Of a stretch of 64,000 bases of DNA, positions 45,575-60,105 are shown piece after piece (position 1 is the stretch's first letter; each line of letters begins with the position of its first letter). Both the position numbers and the translations under genes were made by a program. The stretch is from the human T2T-CHM13v2.0 reference genome, Homo sapiens. The notes below the pieces were generated by a model that was not told the origin of the DNA, did not search any database, and saw only the letters and a program-made list of their open reading frames with translations. The DNA lies in NCBI RefSeq assembly GCF_009914755.1, contig NC_060947.1. The stretch is one strand, 5' to 3'.

Positions 45575-46565
45575 AATTGAAGTAGCCAGCATGTCTGCTG
45601 ACTAGTGTGTGTGTGTCTCTCACAGAGAGAAACAGGAGAGTTGAGTAAATACAGCACCTTCAACTTAAACAGCCAAGTACTCACATTGGGAATAATCAAG
45701 GAAGCAACTTAACCCATGGTGGATGGAAAAAAGCAAGGCAGGAAGATGGTTCATCCAGGAGCAACAAAGAACTCTTAAAACCCACTGGCTTGGAACTTCA
45801 GTTAGCCACTGGTAGCAGCATTACACCTCCCTGAGATGGAGCTCCTAGCAGGAGGGGCAGAGCATCATTTTTGCTGTTTGGGCAAATTAGCCATTCCAAC
45901 CTTTGAATTTTGGAGAGTCCAAGCTGACCAGGGGTGGAAAGGATCCCTCAGCAGTGCACAGCTGCTCTATGAAAATGTGGCCAGACTGATTTTTAAAGCA
46001 GGTCGTTGATCTCATTTCTTCTCACTGGACAGGACCTCTCAACTGGGGACTCCAGCCACTCTCACCTGTGTTCTCTGGCTGACAGAGATTTCAAAACTCC
46101 CAGGACAGAGTTCCCAGAGTGACGGGCGGGCTGCCATCTTTTCTGTTTGGATGACTAAGCCATTCCAACCTTCAGGCTTTGGAGGGTCCAAGGCAACTTG
46201 AGCAGGAGTGGTTCCCCAGTCCAGCACAGCTGCTCTGCGAAAACATGGCCAGACTGCTTTTTAAAGCAAGTCCCTGAACCTGTTCCTCTCCACTGGGCAG
46301 AACTTCCCAACCAGGGTCTCCAGCCACCCCTGCTAGTATTCTCTGGCTGACAGAGTTTTGAAACTTCCCTGGAATGGAGCACCCACAAGGAGGGGTGGGC
46401 CACTATTTTTGCCATTGGGGTAACAGCCATTCCAGCCTTTAGGCTTTGGAGAGTCCAAGCTTACCAGGGATGAAAGCAATACCCTAGCACATCACAGCTG
46501 CCCTATGAAAACGTGACAAAACTTCTTTTTACATCAGGTTCACGATCCTGTTTCATATCACTGGA
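45575..46565 (+). mobile_element. Old L1P 5' UTR with about 268-bp tandem monomers
   Basis: gccattcc recurs at 45890, 46159 and 46426 within homologous units. Confidence 0.7.
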
Positions 46566-47269
46566 TAATTTTATTTTGTCCGGGCATCAGAATATTTATT
46601 AATTTTTAAATTTTAAAATGCTGTTTATTAACAATTATATAGCTTGACTAACTCAAAATACACTACAAATGTCCTCTTTCATGAAAGTTAATTTTACACT
46701 TGAAAGTTTATTTGAAGATATTTACATCACTCTTTGGTGTGTAATATTTAGACAAGTATTGAGAAGAAGACACTCAAAAGCAAAAAGTTTAGTTTCACTT
46801 CCCTGATAGCTGATGATAGAGTTTATCCAAGAGATGTGCTTTTTCCTTTCCTAATAGAGGTACTACATAATGTAACAATCAAAATTATCATACTGTTATT
46901 TTATGTGGAAAAAAACATTTACCAGGCAGAGTGATATTTTCTAAAGTATCTTAAATAATTATTGTGCTTAAATGTTCATCTTAATTAATGTCACATTTTC
47001 AGGGACTAAACTAAAAATTTTCATCACTATTAATTTCTCTTTTTAGAAAATTTTACATGACAATATTGTTGAATATTTTAAATTATTAAAATATATTATC
47101 TCATATCTTAATCCCCTTACACATTCTTGTATTTTCTTCTATTGTTTGATTTTTTTCCTCTTTGAAGAATTATATCGCTCAAGTTATTGGTGTACAGCCA
47201 CCATTTCCTTGTCTTCTAGATAATGATTATTATTTTTAATGATTATTTTCAGTTCTCTTTGCTTATCTA

Positions 47270-47622
47270 GACATACAGAAGACTGTATTTCCCACCCTTG
47301 CAAGTTGAATGGGGCCATGTGACTAATTCTGGTTAATCGACTGTAATTGGTAGTGATAAATATCACTTTGGGGTTGAAACACTCATGAGTCAGTGTGTCA
47401 TGCTCTCTTTAACCTGACAAAATGGACCCCACACCATCATGTTGAAGTGAATGTGTCATGAAATAGAAGTATTTTGAAATATTTAGCCACTCCATGCCCT
47501 GAAGAGTCACCTGGAGCTACAAGAGACTTTTTATGAGCAAGAAAAAAACTTGTTTATTGTTAAGAAACTAAGATTGTGGCATTTGGCTACAGCAGAACCT
47601 AGAATATTCTTACTACTATACA
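47270..47622 (+). mobile_element. Old MaLR LTR (MLT1I/J-like)
   Basis: tatttccca...ggggccatgtgactaattctgg...tactataca. Confidence 0.6.
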
Positions 47623-48169
47623 ACTTAAATAATTAAGGCATAGGTAGGAGGTGGAATGGAAGTGGGGAGGGCTTTTTGACATGTCATTGTGCTTCACTCT
47701 TTATAATTAATATTTTGTTGAATCCTGTCAATAGTTTTTATAATGTGACTTTCCTTTTCCATCTTTATATTCAGTTCCAAACCCTCTAAATTTTGTCTCA
47801 AATTATGTACAGAAGTACAAATGCATTATGTGAGGAGACCAGGGTGACACATACTGTTGTAGAGATGGAAATAGAACAAAGCTCTCAAACCCAGATTGTT
47901 TTCTGCTCTAAATACAGTTCTGCTGTCACCTCAGAAGCTGAAATTGTATGCTTTATATCTCTTAGGATTCATAAATATAAAAATGATTATACTATACATC
48001 ATATGTAATTATGCATGCTACAAAACCTTCATTCTAGGAATTTCACTAATTTGTAAATTAGTGCTTTGGAAAATCAAAAAATATTAACAATTTGGTTGTT
48101 CATCTTGAGCCATTGACAGGGTCATCTGAGAAATATTGTAACTATCCACATTTTAATATAAAAACAGAA

Positions 48170-49595
48170 AAGATAGAAGGATAATGTCAGCAAGAAAACT
48201 GAATAGGAAATCTTAGCCCTTGTATCCCACCCCCAACAAAAACACAGAATTGTGCCAAAATATCTTTATGAGAACTCCAGAATTCAGTTAAATTGTAATA
48301 CCTCAGATGAGCACAAAACTGAGAAAAACAGCTTTAATATGGGTGAGAGGATTAGTTTCATTTTAACTGAGTCAACCATCTCCCAAGCTGGCACAGACCA
48401 GCACCTAAAGAAATCCACTTATCCTGTGATTTCTTCCTTAGGGGACAGAGTGAGTGTAACATGCACGAGACATTCACAGCCTTTTGGGGTGCTGCCTACT
48501 TCTGTCTCACCTCACTGAGAGGAATGAGGCAACTAACAGCATACCTGCAGGGGTAACTAAAAACAAAGGAAAGGGTTGGGGGCTCCCAGCAGCTTGCAGG
48601 GCATTACAGAATTGGGAGGAAGCGCATAACCCTGAGACTTCTCCTTCAAGAAAAAGGGAGGGAAGTGGAAATTGCACCCCACCTCAGGCATTCCAGGGCA
48701 CTCCTCAAGGTAAAGGGGTGGATAACTCCCTGCAGTTGTCACAACTCTGCAGGATTGATGAGAAGCACACAATCTTGAGACTTCTTTACAAATAAGGGAG
48801 AGAAATGAAGGTTGACCCAACATCGTGGAATTTCATTGCATTGTCCTAGAGAAAAAGGGTGAGAGGTTTATAGCGGCCTGCATGGTTCTATGAGACTGGG
48901 AGAAGGCACACACACTTGAATTTTTTTTTTCTACCAGGAGGGATGAAGAGGAGTGGAATACATCCATCCATAGAAAATGTTTGATGGGCTCCTTGAATCT
49001 CTAGCTGGTTTGATTAGGGAAGATCTTTTCATGCAAAAGCCAGCCTGAAATGACTGAAAGAGGAGGCTAGTTCTTTAAATATGCAAACACTAATGCAAAG
49101 CTATAAGAAGCATGAAGAATCAGGAAAATATAATAGTACCAAAGGAGCAAAAACAAAATCTCTAGTAACAAATCCTAAAGAAATAATGATTTATGAATCA
49201 CTTGACAAATAATTCAAAATAGTCATTTTAAAGAAGCTCAGTGAACTACAAGGAAAAACAGACAAAGAAATCAACAAAACAATATATGAACAAAATTAGA
49301 ATATCACTAAAAATATAGAAATCTTAAAGATCTAAACAAAAGCTCTAGGGCTGAAAATTGTAACCAATTTTTTAAAATTTAATACAATGCTTCAACAGAA
49401 AACTCAATCAAGCTTAGAAAGAATGAGCAAATCAAAGATCAGCCATTTAAAATTATCCAGTCAGAGGAGTAAATAAAAAAAGAAATAAAGAGAATGAAGA
49501 AAGCTCATGGGACTGATGGGATTTCATCATGTGAACCAATATACACACCATGGAAATCAAAAAAGAAGAGAGAGAGAATGAACCAGAAAGCTTAA
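48170..49595 (+). mobile_element. Old L1M 5' UTR/ORF1
   Basis: ttaaagaagctcagtgaactacaagg, aattatccagtcagaggag. Confidence 0.7.
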
Positions 49596-50689
49596 GCAAG
49601 AGCCTGCCACATAATAAATTAAATGGAGAAGATATAGTTTCTTAACACCTTATATATTTCTTAATGTCTCTGCAAATATGTTTGCATAAACATATTTATT
49701 TTATTTTATTTACACAAATCCCTTTTGCTTCTACTTCTTTTAATTATTATTAGGATTTTTTTTATTAAAAACTATTATATATCTTATTTTATGAGTAAGC
49801 GGTCCAAGCAAGGAATATAGAAAATAAATGTTAGCCTTGGGTTTTATACATCGATATTAATAATCTCTCATTTGATATTTAAAAAACGACTTCATTATTA
49901 TTTCCAAAACATTTATTAGACACTTGCAAAAAATTATTCAAAGATTGTCTGTGAGCTGTAGACACTTGTAATTTTAAATATGCAAAATGAATACATGCAT
50001 TTCTTTGCCACCTTGCATACAGCTGTTAAGACACTAAACAGATAATGTGATGCTGTTTCTTCTTTATTCTCAAACTTTGTTTGCCGCACTCTTATGATAT
50101 TTATCTTACTGGCCTTTATTTTGTAGTTATTTGTGTGCTTTTTCTTGTATCCTCTACTAATCTTTGATCCTTCTAGAAGTTATATTCAGTATACCTAGAA
50201 TATAAAAAGAATTCCATAAATAGCAAATATTAGGTATAAATACAATATTTTACCTTTGTGTAAAATATAAACCAAGACATTAGAATGGCTAGAGCTTTTT
50301 ATTTATTCCTAATTTCACATAGTTTTAATTATTGACCCTGGATATGTATGATTCGCAAATAACCATTTTAAGGAAGAAAATATAACTATATATGTATATT
50401 TTTCTTAAACTATGTGAAAAAGTACAAAACCTAAATAATTTATTGGATAGTTTTATAATTCATAATTAAATGACAGTTTGTGAATTCAATACATCAGAAT
50501 TTATCAGGACATCATTCTGGTCCACACACTGAAACCAATTATCCCACTATGCGCACTAGAAGAAAGAAATTTGAATGTCTTTATATTGTTTTTAAAATTC
50601 TTTCTGTCCATACTCATGTTTCTTTCTTTGGTGAAAGGGTTTACAGTTCCATAAAATTCTCAAAGGATCTATGAGTCTCCAATACTCTA

Positions 50690-51010
50690 GTTGTAAAGCT
50701 AGAAATATGGTAGTCAGTCTTGACCTCTTTCTCACCTTTACTTCTCACATTTCTATTCATCTAGTCTTATCATCACCTCATCAACATATCATTTAGAACT
50801 AACTCTCTTTCTGACCTCATTGCCATACCTCAGATTCTCATCATATCTCTTAACTCATCTCTCTGCCTTCCAGTCTTATACCCCTCCAACTCATTTTCCT
50901 CATTCCTTCTGGAATGATATATATAAAAACCAATTTTGATCAGATGGTTTAACTTCTTAAAATTCTTCATGGATAATACTTATGTAAGATAAAATTCAAA
51001 TATTTCAGTA
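50690..51010 (+). mobile_element. L2 fragment
   Basis: agtcagtcttgac...tctctgccttccagtctt...gataaaattcaaa. Confidence 0.55.
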
Positions 51011-53106
51011 TTCTGTGATGGGAACCACACTAGACAGGGAACGAGCTTTTTCAAGTTCCATTCTGTGAAGTGGTCTGTTTCTCTGTTCTGTCTATTGTAT
51101 CGAACAAGACCATTGCCCAAAAAATTAGCTTATCTCTTTAGATCAGGTATCTCTTCTTAGAAATCTCTTAAGGATTCTGTTAGCTCCAAATATTATCAAG
51201 ATAATAAATTATAATACAGTAGAAATGAACTGATATCAAACATACATAGTTTAGTTGATTGTTTTAGATATGTGGACATACACATATGTGGAAATCTCTC
51301 TGTCTCTCTCACATACACACCTGCAAACACATACATTTTAGGTACAGTGAATTTGAACTAGTAATGTATCTATAGTCAAAGCTACTTTTTGAATAGTGGG
51401 GTTATGCTGAGTACAGTATGAAAACTTTCACTTGGATTCATTTTGGCTTGAGTTCCTAGTTTGTATTTACATCTGAGTTCTGTGGGATACAGTTTACCTG
51501 TATGAAAACTCTGAAAGAGCTGTTTCACTAAACTCTTAACAACTGGGGCCACAAGCTGCATTCTTAGACTCTTCAGTGATTTTTACAAAACAAAGGAAGA
51601 ATGCCCATTGATTTCTTCAGACAGAAGGGACATTGAAGAAAATAAATATTTTATGGTAAATCTTAAGGGCCTGATAAACATGTGAGATGGAAACCCACTT
51701 CTGTATTTCAAATGAAATAATCAGTAAAATCTACAATGATCAAGAGGCTTTGGTGTTAACGCTTTCTTAGGGAACACTCAAAGAGATATTGAAATCTATA
51801 TCTAGGTTCAAATAGTAGGAATGGAGTTTTGGGGTTACAAATGCACTAATTCAGAATTGGCAATGTGCTGAGATAGTGTTATGCCATAAAAGGGGGGACA
51901 AATTGCTGTAACTGTCTGACATGAGGCTCAGAAGAGCAGAATTTTTACAATAGGGTAGAAAAATAATGCTCTCTAAATATCACTGGAAGGAAAAGTCAAT
52001 GATGAGTCTTAGCACCATGAGGTGTGGGAATATGAGTAGCTTTGACCTAACAGAGATTCAGGAAAAAATGAGGATCTCAGGGGAGAACTAAATTACATTT
52101 ACAGAAAAAAGTGATAGGGACTCTAAAATTAGAGGCATTTTTAAATCTTGAAACAGTGAAAACTTTAGGTGAGATTGGAAGCACTAGAAAGTTGGGGCTA
52201 GGGAAAGAAAATATTGCCATAGAAATGAGAATGCCAAAGAGAAGAGATAACAAAAGCTTTTCAATTCTTGTATCATGATCATGAACAACAGAGAAATGAA
52301 GCCTGATAGGTGTAGATAGTTGCAAAGTTACTAAAAGAATGAAACATTTATCCCTTTCTCCCACCTCTCCCCTCAACAGAATTAGTTGCTGTCCTATTCT
52401 TACAGAACTATAAATTATAACAATTTCTAAACTGAATGGAAAATTATTTATTATTAATTTGTTTTTCCACTGTATTGTGGTCTCTTCCAGAATATTAATG
52501 ATTTATTTACCATATTACTTGGCCCTTTACTTAGAGTATAAACACTTTATGAAGGAAGAGACCAAGTATCCCTTATTTACTATTCTATACTGAATGCCCA
52601 AGATAATGCTTAGCATATAATTCACATTCAATAAATGTTTGCTGAATGAATGAATAAAACAGTAAATAAATGAACATTTGTAACTTAAGTGTCTATAAAA
52701 GTACCTGGCACATAGTAGAATCTCAATAAGTATACAGCCAATGGCTAAATAGATGAATGGATTCAATAGATTTAGAGTTTTTCGGGTCCCTCTAGAATTC
52801 AACAAATGGAAGTAAGGGGAAGGATGAAATTGAAAGAGGGACGTTGTTACAGCATTTCGAATCTCTACTGTTTAGAAATTGTTAGAGTGAGGCACATAAT
52901 TTATTTTAGTAATGTTATGAATGCACCCAATCTAATGGATTCCCATTCTTTGGAGGTATAAGAAGGAGAAGCTGAAAGGTGATTTTTTTTTTTGAAACAG
53001 CTAAAGATTGCTTAATGTGGTAATGCAAACTATTAGCTATTTTTGCAGAAATATTAGCAGGAAGAGGTTAATGATTGGTGAACTTTCTCAAAAAAACATT
53101 ATTCCT

Positions 53107-53368
53107 CCGACGCCAGCGGATCACGAGGTCAGGAGATCGAGACCATCCTGGCTAACACCGTGAAACCCCGTATCTACTAAAAAAAAATACAAAAAGTAAG
53201 CCAGGAGTGGTGGCGGGCGCTTGTAGTCCCAGCTACGCGGGAGGCTGAGGCAGGAGAATGGCATGAACCCGGGAAGGTGGAGCTTGCAGTGAGCGGAGAT
53301 GCGCCACTGCACTCCAGCCTGGGAGACAGAGCGAGACTCCGTCTCAAAAAAAAAAAAAAAAAAAAAAA
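53107..53368 (+). mobile_element. AluY, 5'-truncated by about 45 nt
   Basis: ggatcacgaggtcaggagatcgagaccatcctggctaac, gaatggc, ggagcttgcag and a long A tail. Confidence 0.93.
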
Positions 53369-53818
53369 TTCTTCTTGCTCCATTAATAATTATAAACACC
53401 ATGGTAACCTAGGGAGTTCTCTAAGAAGAAATTCAGTTCCTTAATCGGAATTAAAAATTCCTGTAACTCATGACAGAAATTTTACATAAAAAGAATATCA
53501 ATCAAACTGGATTTTATTATAGTAAATTTAATCCTAGAGACAAATAAATTGAATAAATTTTGGTAATTTTGAGGCAATGATAGTGCTTTATAAAGATTTT
53601 CCCATATTATTATATAAAAGATTTTGGCTAGAATGTAAATTCTTATACATATCACCTGTAGCTTATTCTTAGCATATTGTCAAATTCCAATAAGTATGCA
53701 TTAACTGACATCGTTTTTTAAATACGTTTTCATTCACAGCATACATTTTTTATACTTTCTATTCATAGCATAGATTTATTATGTAAAGTGCATTAACTTT
53801 AACAATTAAGCTGTATTT

Positions 53819-53902
53819 TATATATATACGCATACATGTATATATAGACATATGTGTGTGTGTATATATACATACACGTATATATACACACACACACATA
53901 TA
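53819..53902. repeat. (TA)/(TG)/(CA) compound microsatellite
   Basis: Alternating purine-pyrimidine runs. Confidence 0.8.
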
Positions 53903-54214
53903 CCCATGAAACCACTCCTAGATCAAATTATAAAATATTCTCAGAACCCCAAACCTCAAACCCTAAGTTTTCTCATGCCCTTCAGAGTCAATATCCTACT
54001 AGAGATAAACATTGTTTTGAATTTTATCAAATCAAATTGTTTGCTTGTTCTTAATATTTATATAAATAATATCACATGGAATGTGTTCTTTTGGTATAGG
54101 CTCCTTTAGCTTATCAATATGTCTGAAACATTCACTCAGATTGATGTACATATCCATACTTTGCTCTTTTCTTTATTTTGTGTCTTATTCCATTGTATGA
54201 ATTCTTTTGCATTA

Positions 54215-54902
54215 ATAAACCACAATTAACATATTCACTCATGACTTGGCATTAGGCAATAGATTTTTAGATGTAACATCAATGCATAACGTAACAAAAG
54301 GAAAACAATAGATAATTTGGACTTCATCAAAATTAAAACATTTTGTATTTCAAAGACAGTATCCAAAAGGTGAAAGGGCAACTCACAGAATATGATCAAA
54401 TATTTACAAAATATATCTTATAATAGACTTGTATCTAGAATATATAAAATAGCTTACAACTCAATAAATTTAAATAATACAATTAAGACTTAGTAAAGGA
54501 TCTGAATAGACATTTCTGTGAAGAAAATATACAATTAGACTAAGCATATGAAAATATGCTCTATAAAAGTAGTCATCAAGGGAATGTAAATCAATTACAC
54601 TGTACTCCCACTAGGATGACTACAACAAAAATGTCAGATAATAACAAGTGTTGATGCTGATGTAGAGATATTGGAACCCTCATACACTTCTGGTGTGTTT
54701 GTAAATTGGTACAATCACTTTTGGATTGTACCAAAATCCCAGTGCAGTTTGAAAGTTTCTGAAATGGTTAAACAGAGAGTAACCACATGACCAAACAATT
54801 ATACTCCTAAGTATAATATATATCCAAAGAAGTGTAAACATGTGTAAAAATATTATTTTCCATGCATATTCATAGCAGCATTATTGATCATAGCTAAAAG
54901 GA
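54215..54902 (+). mobile_element. L1MB/MC ORF2 3' fragment
   Basis: ggacttcatcaaaattaaaa...ggaaccctcatacac...catagcagcattat. Confidence 0.8.
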
Positions 54903-54903
54903 G

Positions 54904-55000
54904 TACTATGGTTCAAATGTGTCCCCCCGAATTAATGTGTTGTAAACTTCATCCCCAGTGCAACAGTGTTGGGAAGTGGGGCTTAATGGGAGATGTTTAG
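54904..55000 (+). mobile_element. MaLR LTR 5' fragment (MSTD/MLT1A-like)
   Basis: tactatggttcaaatgtgtcccc...caacagtgttgggaagtgggg. Confidence 0.7.
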
Positions 55001-55617
55001 CAAAAATTGACAAGTTGATTTTAAATTGTAGATATAATTGTATATCTCTTTCCAGATTCTGATATAAGCTCAATACGCATACATATCAAATTGGATCGCT
55101 CAATGAAGCTCAAACTCATCATGCCTAAGGCAAAAGTCACTATTTATCTCCGCAAATCTGTTCTTTTCTTCAGTGTTCCCTCCATCCAGTTGCACAGACC
55201 AGAAAACTAGACTTTGATACCTCCTGTTGCCTTACTTTCCGTACTTAATCCATCATCAAATTCAGCTGATTTTAATCCCTAAGACTTTCTTGATACCATC
55301 CACTTTTTTCTATTTCCTCCATTGTAGTCCAAGATACCACTCTGGTTCAAGATACCTGTCATACTGTAATAGTTTACTAAATGGTCTCTCATTTTTATTC
55401 TGCACCGCTCCATTCAAGTAGCCAGAATGACATTTCAAAACACAAATGAAGTGAATGTCATTTCAGAGCACAAATATAATCATATAATCCTTTGACAGAC
55501 ACTATTAGTTACATAAACAAAAGTCATTTTTTCTTTTTCTCTCCTTTTTTTTTCTTTTTTCTTTTGCTACATAGATATGAATATTGTTCAAACTCTTTTA
55601 AAAGATGGCATCCTTCT

Positions 55618-55937
<320 letters not shown>

Positions 55938-56621
55938 TTACTCATAGAGCTGGTGATTCTTCATTGATCTAACTCAATTATTCTGATTTATTTTCTTTGC
56001 CAAGTAACTGTTTTAGCAATAGGCACGTGATATAATTCTATGCAATAACATATGAGAGACAACAAACTGAGAATTCTCTGGAAAGGTTTCGCTCAATCTT
56101 GAAAAGGATCCTGAGACAGGGATAGCCATCGCACTTCCTCTGAATATTGACATTGGCAAATGATGCCTAGAACTATGCCAGCACTTTAGGACCATAGGAG
56201 GATTCATTCTAAAAGGGCAAGCCAATATAGGAGGGATAAACTAAAAAACAGAAGGGATCTTTGTTCTTAATGACTTTGTTAAGCCAGTGAATGAACTAAT
56301 CCTGGAATCTCCCTATTTCTGGAATTTTTATATGAGAATAAATATCTTTATAATATGTTCTGGATTTTCCTCTACTTATGGCTAAAATTTACTAACAGTT
56401 ATACAAGATCAACTTGCTTAAGAACTAATCATACTGACTGGTATACATATATCCACTTGCTTAAAAACTATCCGTGGCTTCTGGATTACTCTGAAGACAA
56501 CATCTATATTATTATTGTGGCCCATAAAGTCCGGCACAGTCTGGTTGCCACCTTGTTCCACAGATGAATCTAATACAATTCTTTTGCAATTTGTCAAATT
56601 CCCTGTGTTCTCCTGCCATAG

Positions 56622-57337
56622 TGTCTACTTTAGGCTGCTAGGTTTGCTATAGCAAATATTGCAAACCGGGTCACTTAAACCAGTGGTCCCCAACCTTTTG
56701 AAACCAGGGATAGGTTTTGTGGAAGACAATTTTTCCACGGACCTGAAGGCTGGGAGGGAGGCATTAGATCATTAGATTCTCATAAGGAGTGCACAACACA
56801 GATCTCTCCCATGAGCCGTTCACAATAGGGTTCACACTCTTATGAGAAGCTAATGCTGCTGCTGATCTGAAAGGAGGCAGAGCTCAGGAAGTGATGCTCA
56901 CTCACCCACTGGTCAACTCTTGCTGTTTGGCCCAGTTCTTAACAGGCCACAGACCAGTACCACCTGCAGGTCAGGGCTTGGGGATCCCTGGCTTGAACAA
57001 CAGAACTGTATTCTCACAGTTCTGGAGGCTGTATGTCCAAGATCAAGTTATAAGAAGGTTTGGTTTTCCCTGATATGCTTCTCCTTGGCTTGCAGATACC
57101 TGCCTTCTTGCTGTGTCTTCAGATGGTATTTCCTCATGTATGCATATGCCTCATATCTCTCCTGTGTCCTAATCTGCTCTTTATAAGGACACTAGTCATA
57201 TTGAACCAGAGCACATCCTATTTTTAATTTAATTACCTTTTAAAGTCACAACCTCCAAATATATTCATATTCTGAAGTACTAGGGTTTAGAGTTTCAGCA
57301 TACGAATTTTGAGGTATGCACAATTTAGATTATAACA
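56622..57337 (-). mobile_element. MLT1A/B LTR split by MER1
   Basis: cttaaac | aacagaactgtattctcacagttctggaggct ... ttataaggacactagtcatattg ... tataaca. Confidence 0.8.
56681..56990. mobile_element. MER1B (hAT-Charlie DNA transposon)
   Basis: Terminal inverted repeats cagtggtccccaacc / gcttggggatccctg. 8-bp TSD acttaaac / gcttgaac. Confidence 0.9.
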
Positions 57338-57627
57338 AAGCCGTTGCAAATGCTAATCCCTCTGGAACATTATTTCCACCTCCACATACCCTGCCTCTTC
57401 CCACTCACACACACTCAATTTTCTGTTTTCTAGTACTCATGTTTTATGTCCAAAATTAAATAATTTTCTATGAGGATCTTTCTCTAATATCCAATTTCCC
57501 AGTGCAGTTTGTATTATACATTCATTACTGTAATTATTTGTCATTATATGTGTATGCTACTCAATGATCAGTAAGATGAAAACAACAGCCATGTTCACTT
57601 TGGCTCATCAAAGTACTTGTGTTTCTC

Positions 57628-58253
57628 AAGGGAACATTTATACACTGTTGGTGAGAATGTAAATTAGTACAACCTCTATGAAAAACACAGTAAGGAGGTT
57701 TCTCAAAGAAATAAAAACAGAACTTCTATTTGATCCATTAATCCCACTACTGGGTGTCTACCCTCACAAAATGAAGTAATTTTATCGAAAAGATACCTGT
57801 ACTCCTATGTTAATCACTGCACTATTCGCCATAACAAAGATATGGAATCAACCCAAGTGTTCATCAGTGGATGTACAGATAGAGAAAATGTGGCATATAT
57901 ACATGATAGAATACTATTCAGTCATTAAAATATGAAATTATGTCTTTTGCAGCAACATGGGTGGAACTGGAGGCCATTATCTCTAGTGAAATAACTCGGA
58001 AACAGTCAAATACCTCATGTTCTCCTTTATAAGCGGAGGCTAAATAATGAGTAAAAATGGAATAATAGACATTGGAGATCAAGAAGGGTGGAAGAGAGAT
58101 GAGAAATTATTTAATGAGTACAATGTATATTATTCAAGTGATAGTTACATGAGAAGCCCAGGCTTCACCACTACTCAATACATCTTTTTAACAAAACTCC
58201 ACTTGTACCCCTCACATTTATACAAATAAAAAATAGAAAGGACAAAAAAAAAA
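57628..58253 (+). mobile_element. L1MA (young MA group) 3' end
   Basis: acactgttggtgagaatgtaaattagtacaacc ... cacttgtacccc...tacaaataaaaaa. Confidence 0.88.
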
Positions 58254-59299
58254 CCCCAAAGTACCTTTTTATCATAATACCTAGAATACAATACATACTC
58301 AATATGTAATTTTTAACAAATATATGCCTGGATGAATACTATATCACATAATTGGCAAATGTATTACTTTCCAGTGACAGTTTTTTATTCATATTTTTAT
58401 CCTCATTATCTAGAACAGTGATTAGAATATAGTAGATTCTCAAATTAGGTTTTCTCTAAAGAAATGAATGAATGTGTAAACAAATGTCTTTCTTGTACTT
58501 TGGGTAAATATAATATAGCATGATTGGTTGACTGAAAGCATACAAACCTTTGGTACCCAAATTAAATCTCTAGATTTATTTAGTTCTTCTTCTCCCTTGT
58601 TTTCTACAGTATTTATTGCTTTTTCCACCCAGTACTGGATGCTTCTTTTTAACCTTCATATCATTTCATATCTATATTATGACTCATTGTCTACGTAGAC
58701 TCTGAATTTGATACCTTTATTTGGTACTGACTACACATCAATATTCGGTAGTTTTCAAAGACACACTTATTTTCCTACTTCTAATTTCTTGCACAACTAA
58801 GGATGGGGGTGAGCTTTACACCCATCAAGTGTAACTTCTACAGCCACGTGATTCCTCAAACTCAGCCATTTCTGACCTAGGAGGAATATTGAACAAACTG
58901 AAGATGCTTTATTACCTAAAACATATAGAAATCAAGCATTTATTTACATGAATAGTAAATGTTTTAGATTTTCAAAAAAATTTATTGATGTGTGTGTGGA
59001 GACAGGATAGAGAGCTCTGTGGTAAATATATTTACCAATGATGATTCCTATTTGCTTGAAATATAAAATGAACCTGTAATTCACATATGCTACCCCAAAT
59101 TAACAGAAAGGTTTCAACATCCTCTTATAAATACATGTGAGGAAATAATGAAAATATAGCTCTACAAATTAATAATAATTAACAGAAATTCCTGAACACA
59201 TTTTAAATATTCTGCTATACACACACATATATGCATATACATTATATCATATATATATATGATAAAGACAAATGATGGGCACTTTTAATTCAGCAAGTC

Positions 59300-59690
59300 A
59301 ACCTTAGCCTGTTTCATGCTACTATGACAGAATACCTGAGATTAGGTAATTTATAATGAATAGGAATTCAATTGACTCACAGTTCTGGAGACTGGGAAGT
59401 CCAAGATCTATGGGTTAGCATCTTGTGAGGACTTTCTTGCTGCATCATCCTGTGGTGGAAGGTGGAAGGTCAAGAGAGTATGCAAGAGAGAGTGAGGGAA
59501 GGGGACTGAACTCATGCTTTCATCATGAGCCCAATTAACTAACCCACTTTCTTGATAATAGCATTAATCCATTCATGAGGGAAGAGCCCTCATGATCTAG
59601 CCACATCTTAAATGTCCACCTTTCAACCGTGTTGCATTTGGGATTAAGTTTTCAACACAAACTGTGGGCAACACATTTAAACCATAGTAC
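59300..59690 (-). mobile_element. MaLR LTR (MSTD/MLT1A0-like)
   Basis: ctcacagttctggagactgggaagtccaagatc ... cattaatccattcatgaggg ... aaaccatagta. Confidence 0.8.
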
Positions 59691-60105
59691 AACCTGAAAT
59701 TATATCAATATTATTCAGACACGAGTGTAAATCTTATTTAAAAAAAACATTTAAAATGAATCTGATGATATATGCAAAGGAAGAGAACATTGTTTTCTTT
59801 AAAAGTCTGAATGGGTGCTTAGTGCAGATTTCTGTGTTATTTTCTGGCATATAGTCACAGCTTTCAATCATGTCTCTTTCTGATTTGTTATAAAATACAA
59901 GTGTCCTCCAAATGAAAAATAAAGTACACTTTTTAAAACTATAGACTGACTATTACTCTCATATTAAGATCCTAATGGTGCTGGGTCAAATCTCGCCCAC
60001 ATATTTATGACGTAGAAATGTGGAGTTCTAGGCAATACTGTAAGATGAATTTGGTTTAACTAGGAGAGATTCAACATTGGGAGAAGGGAGGAGGAAATAA
60101 ATTAC

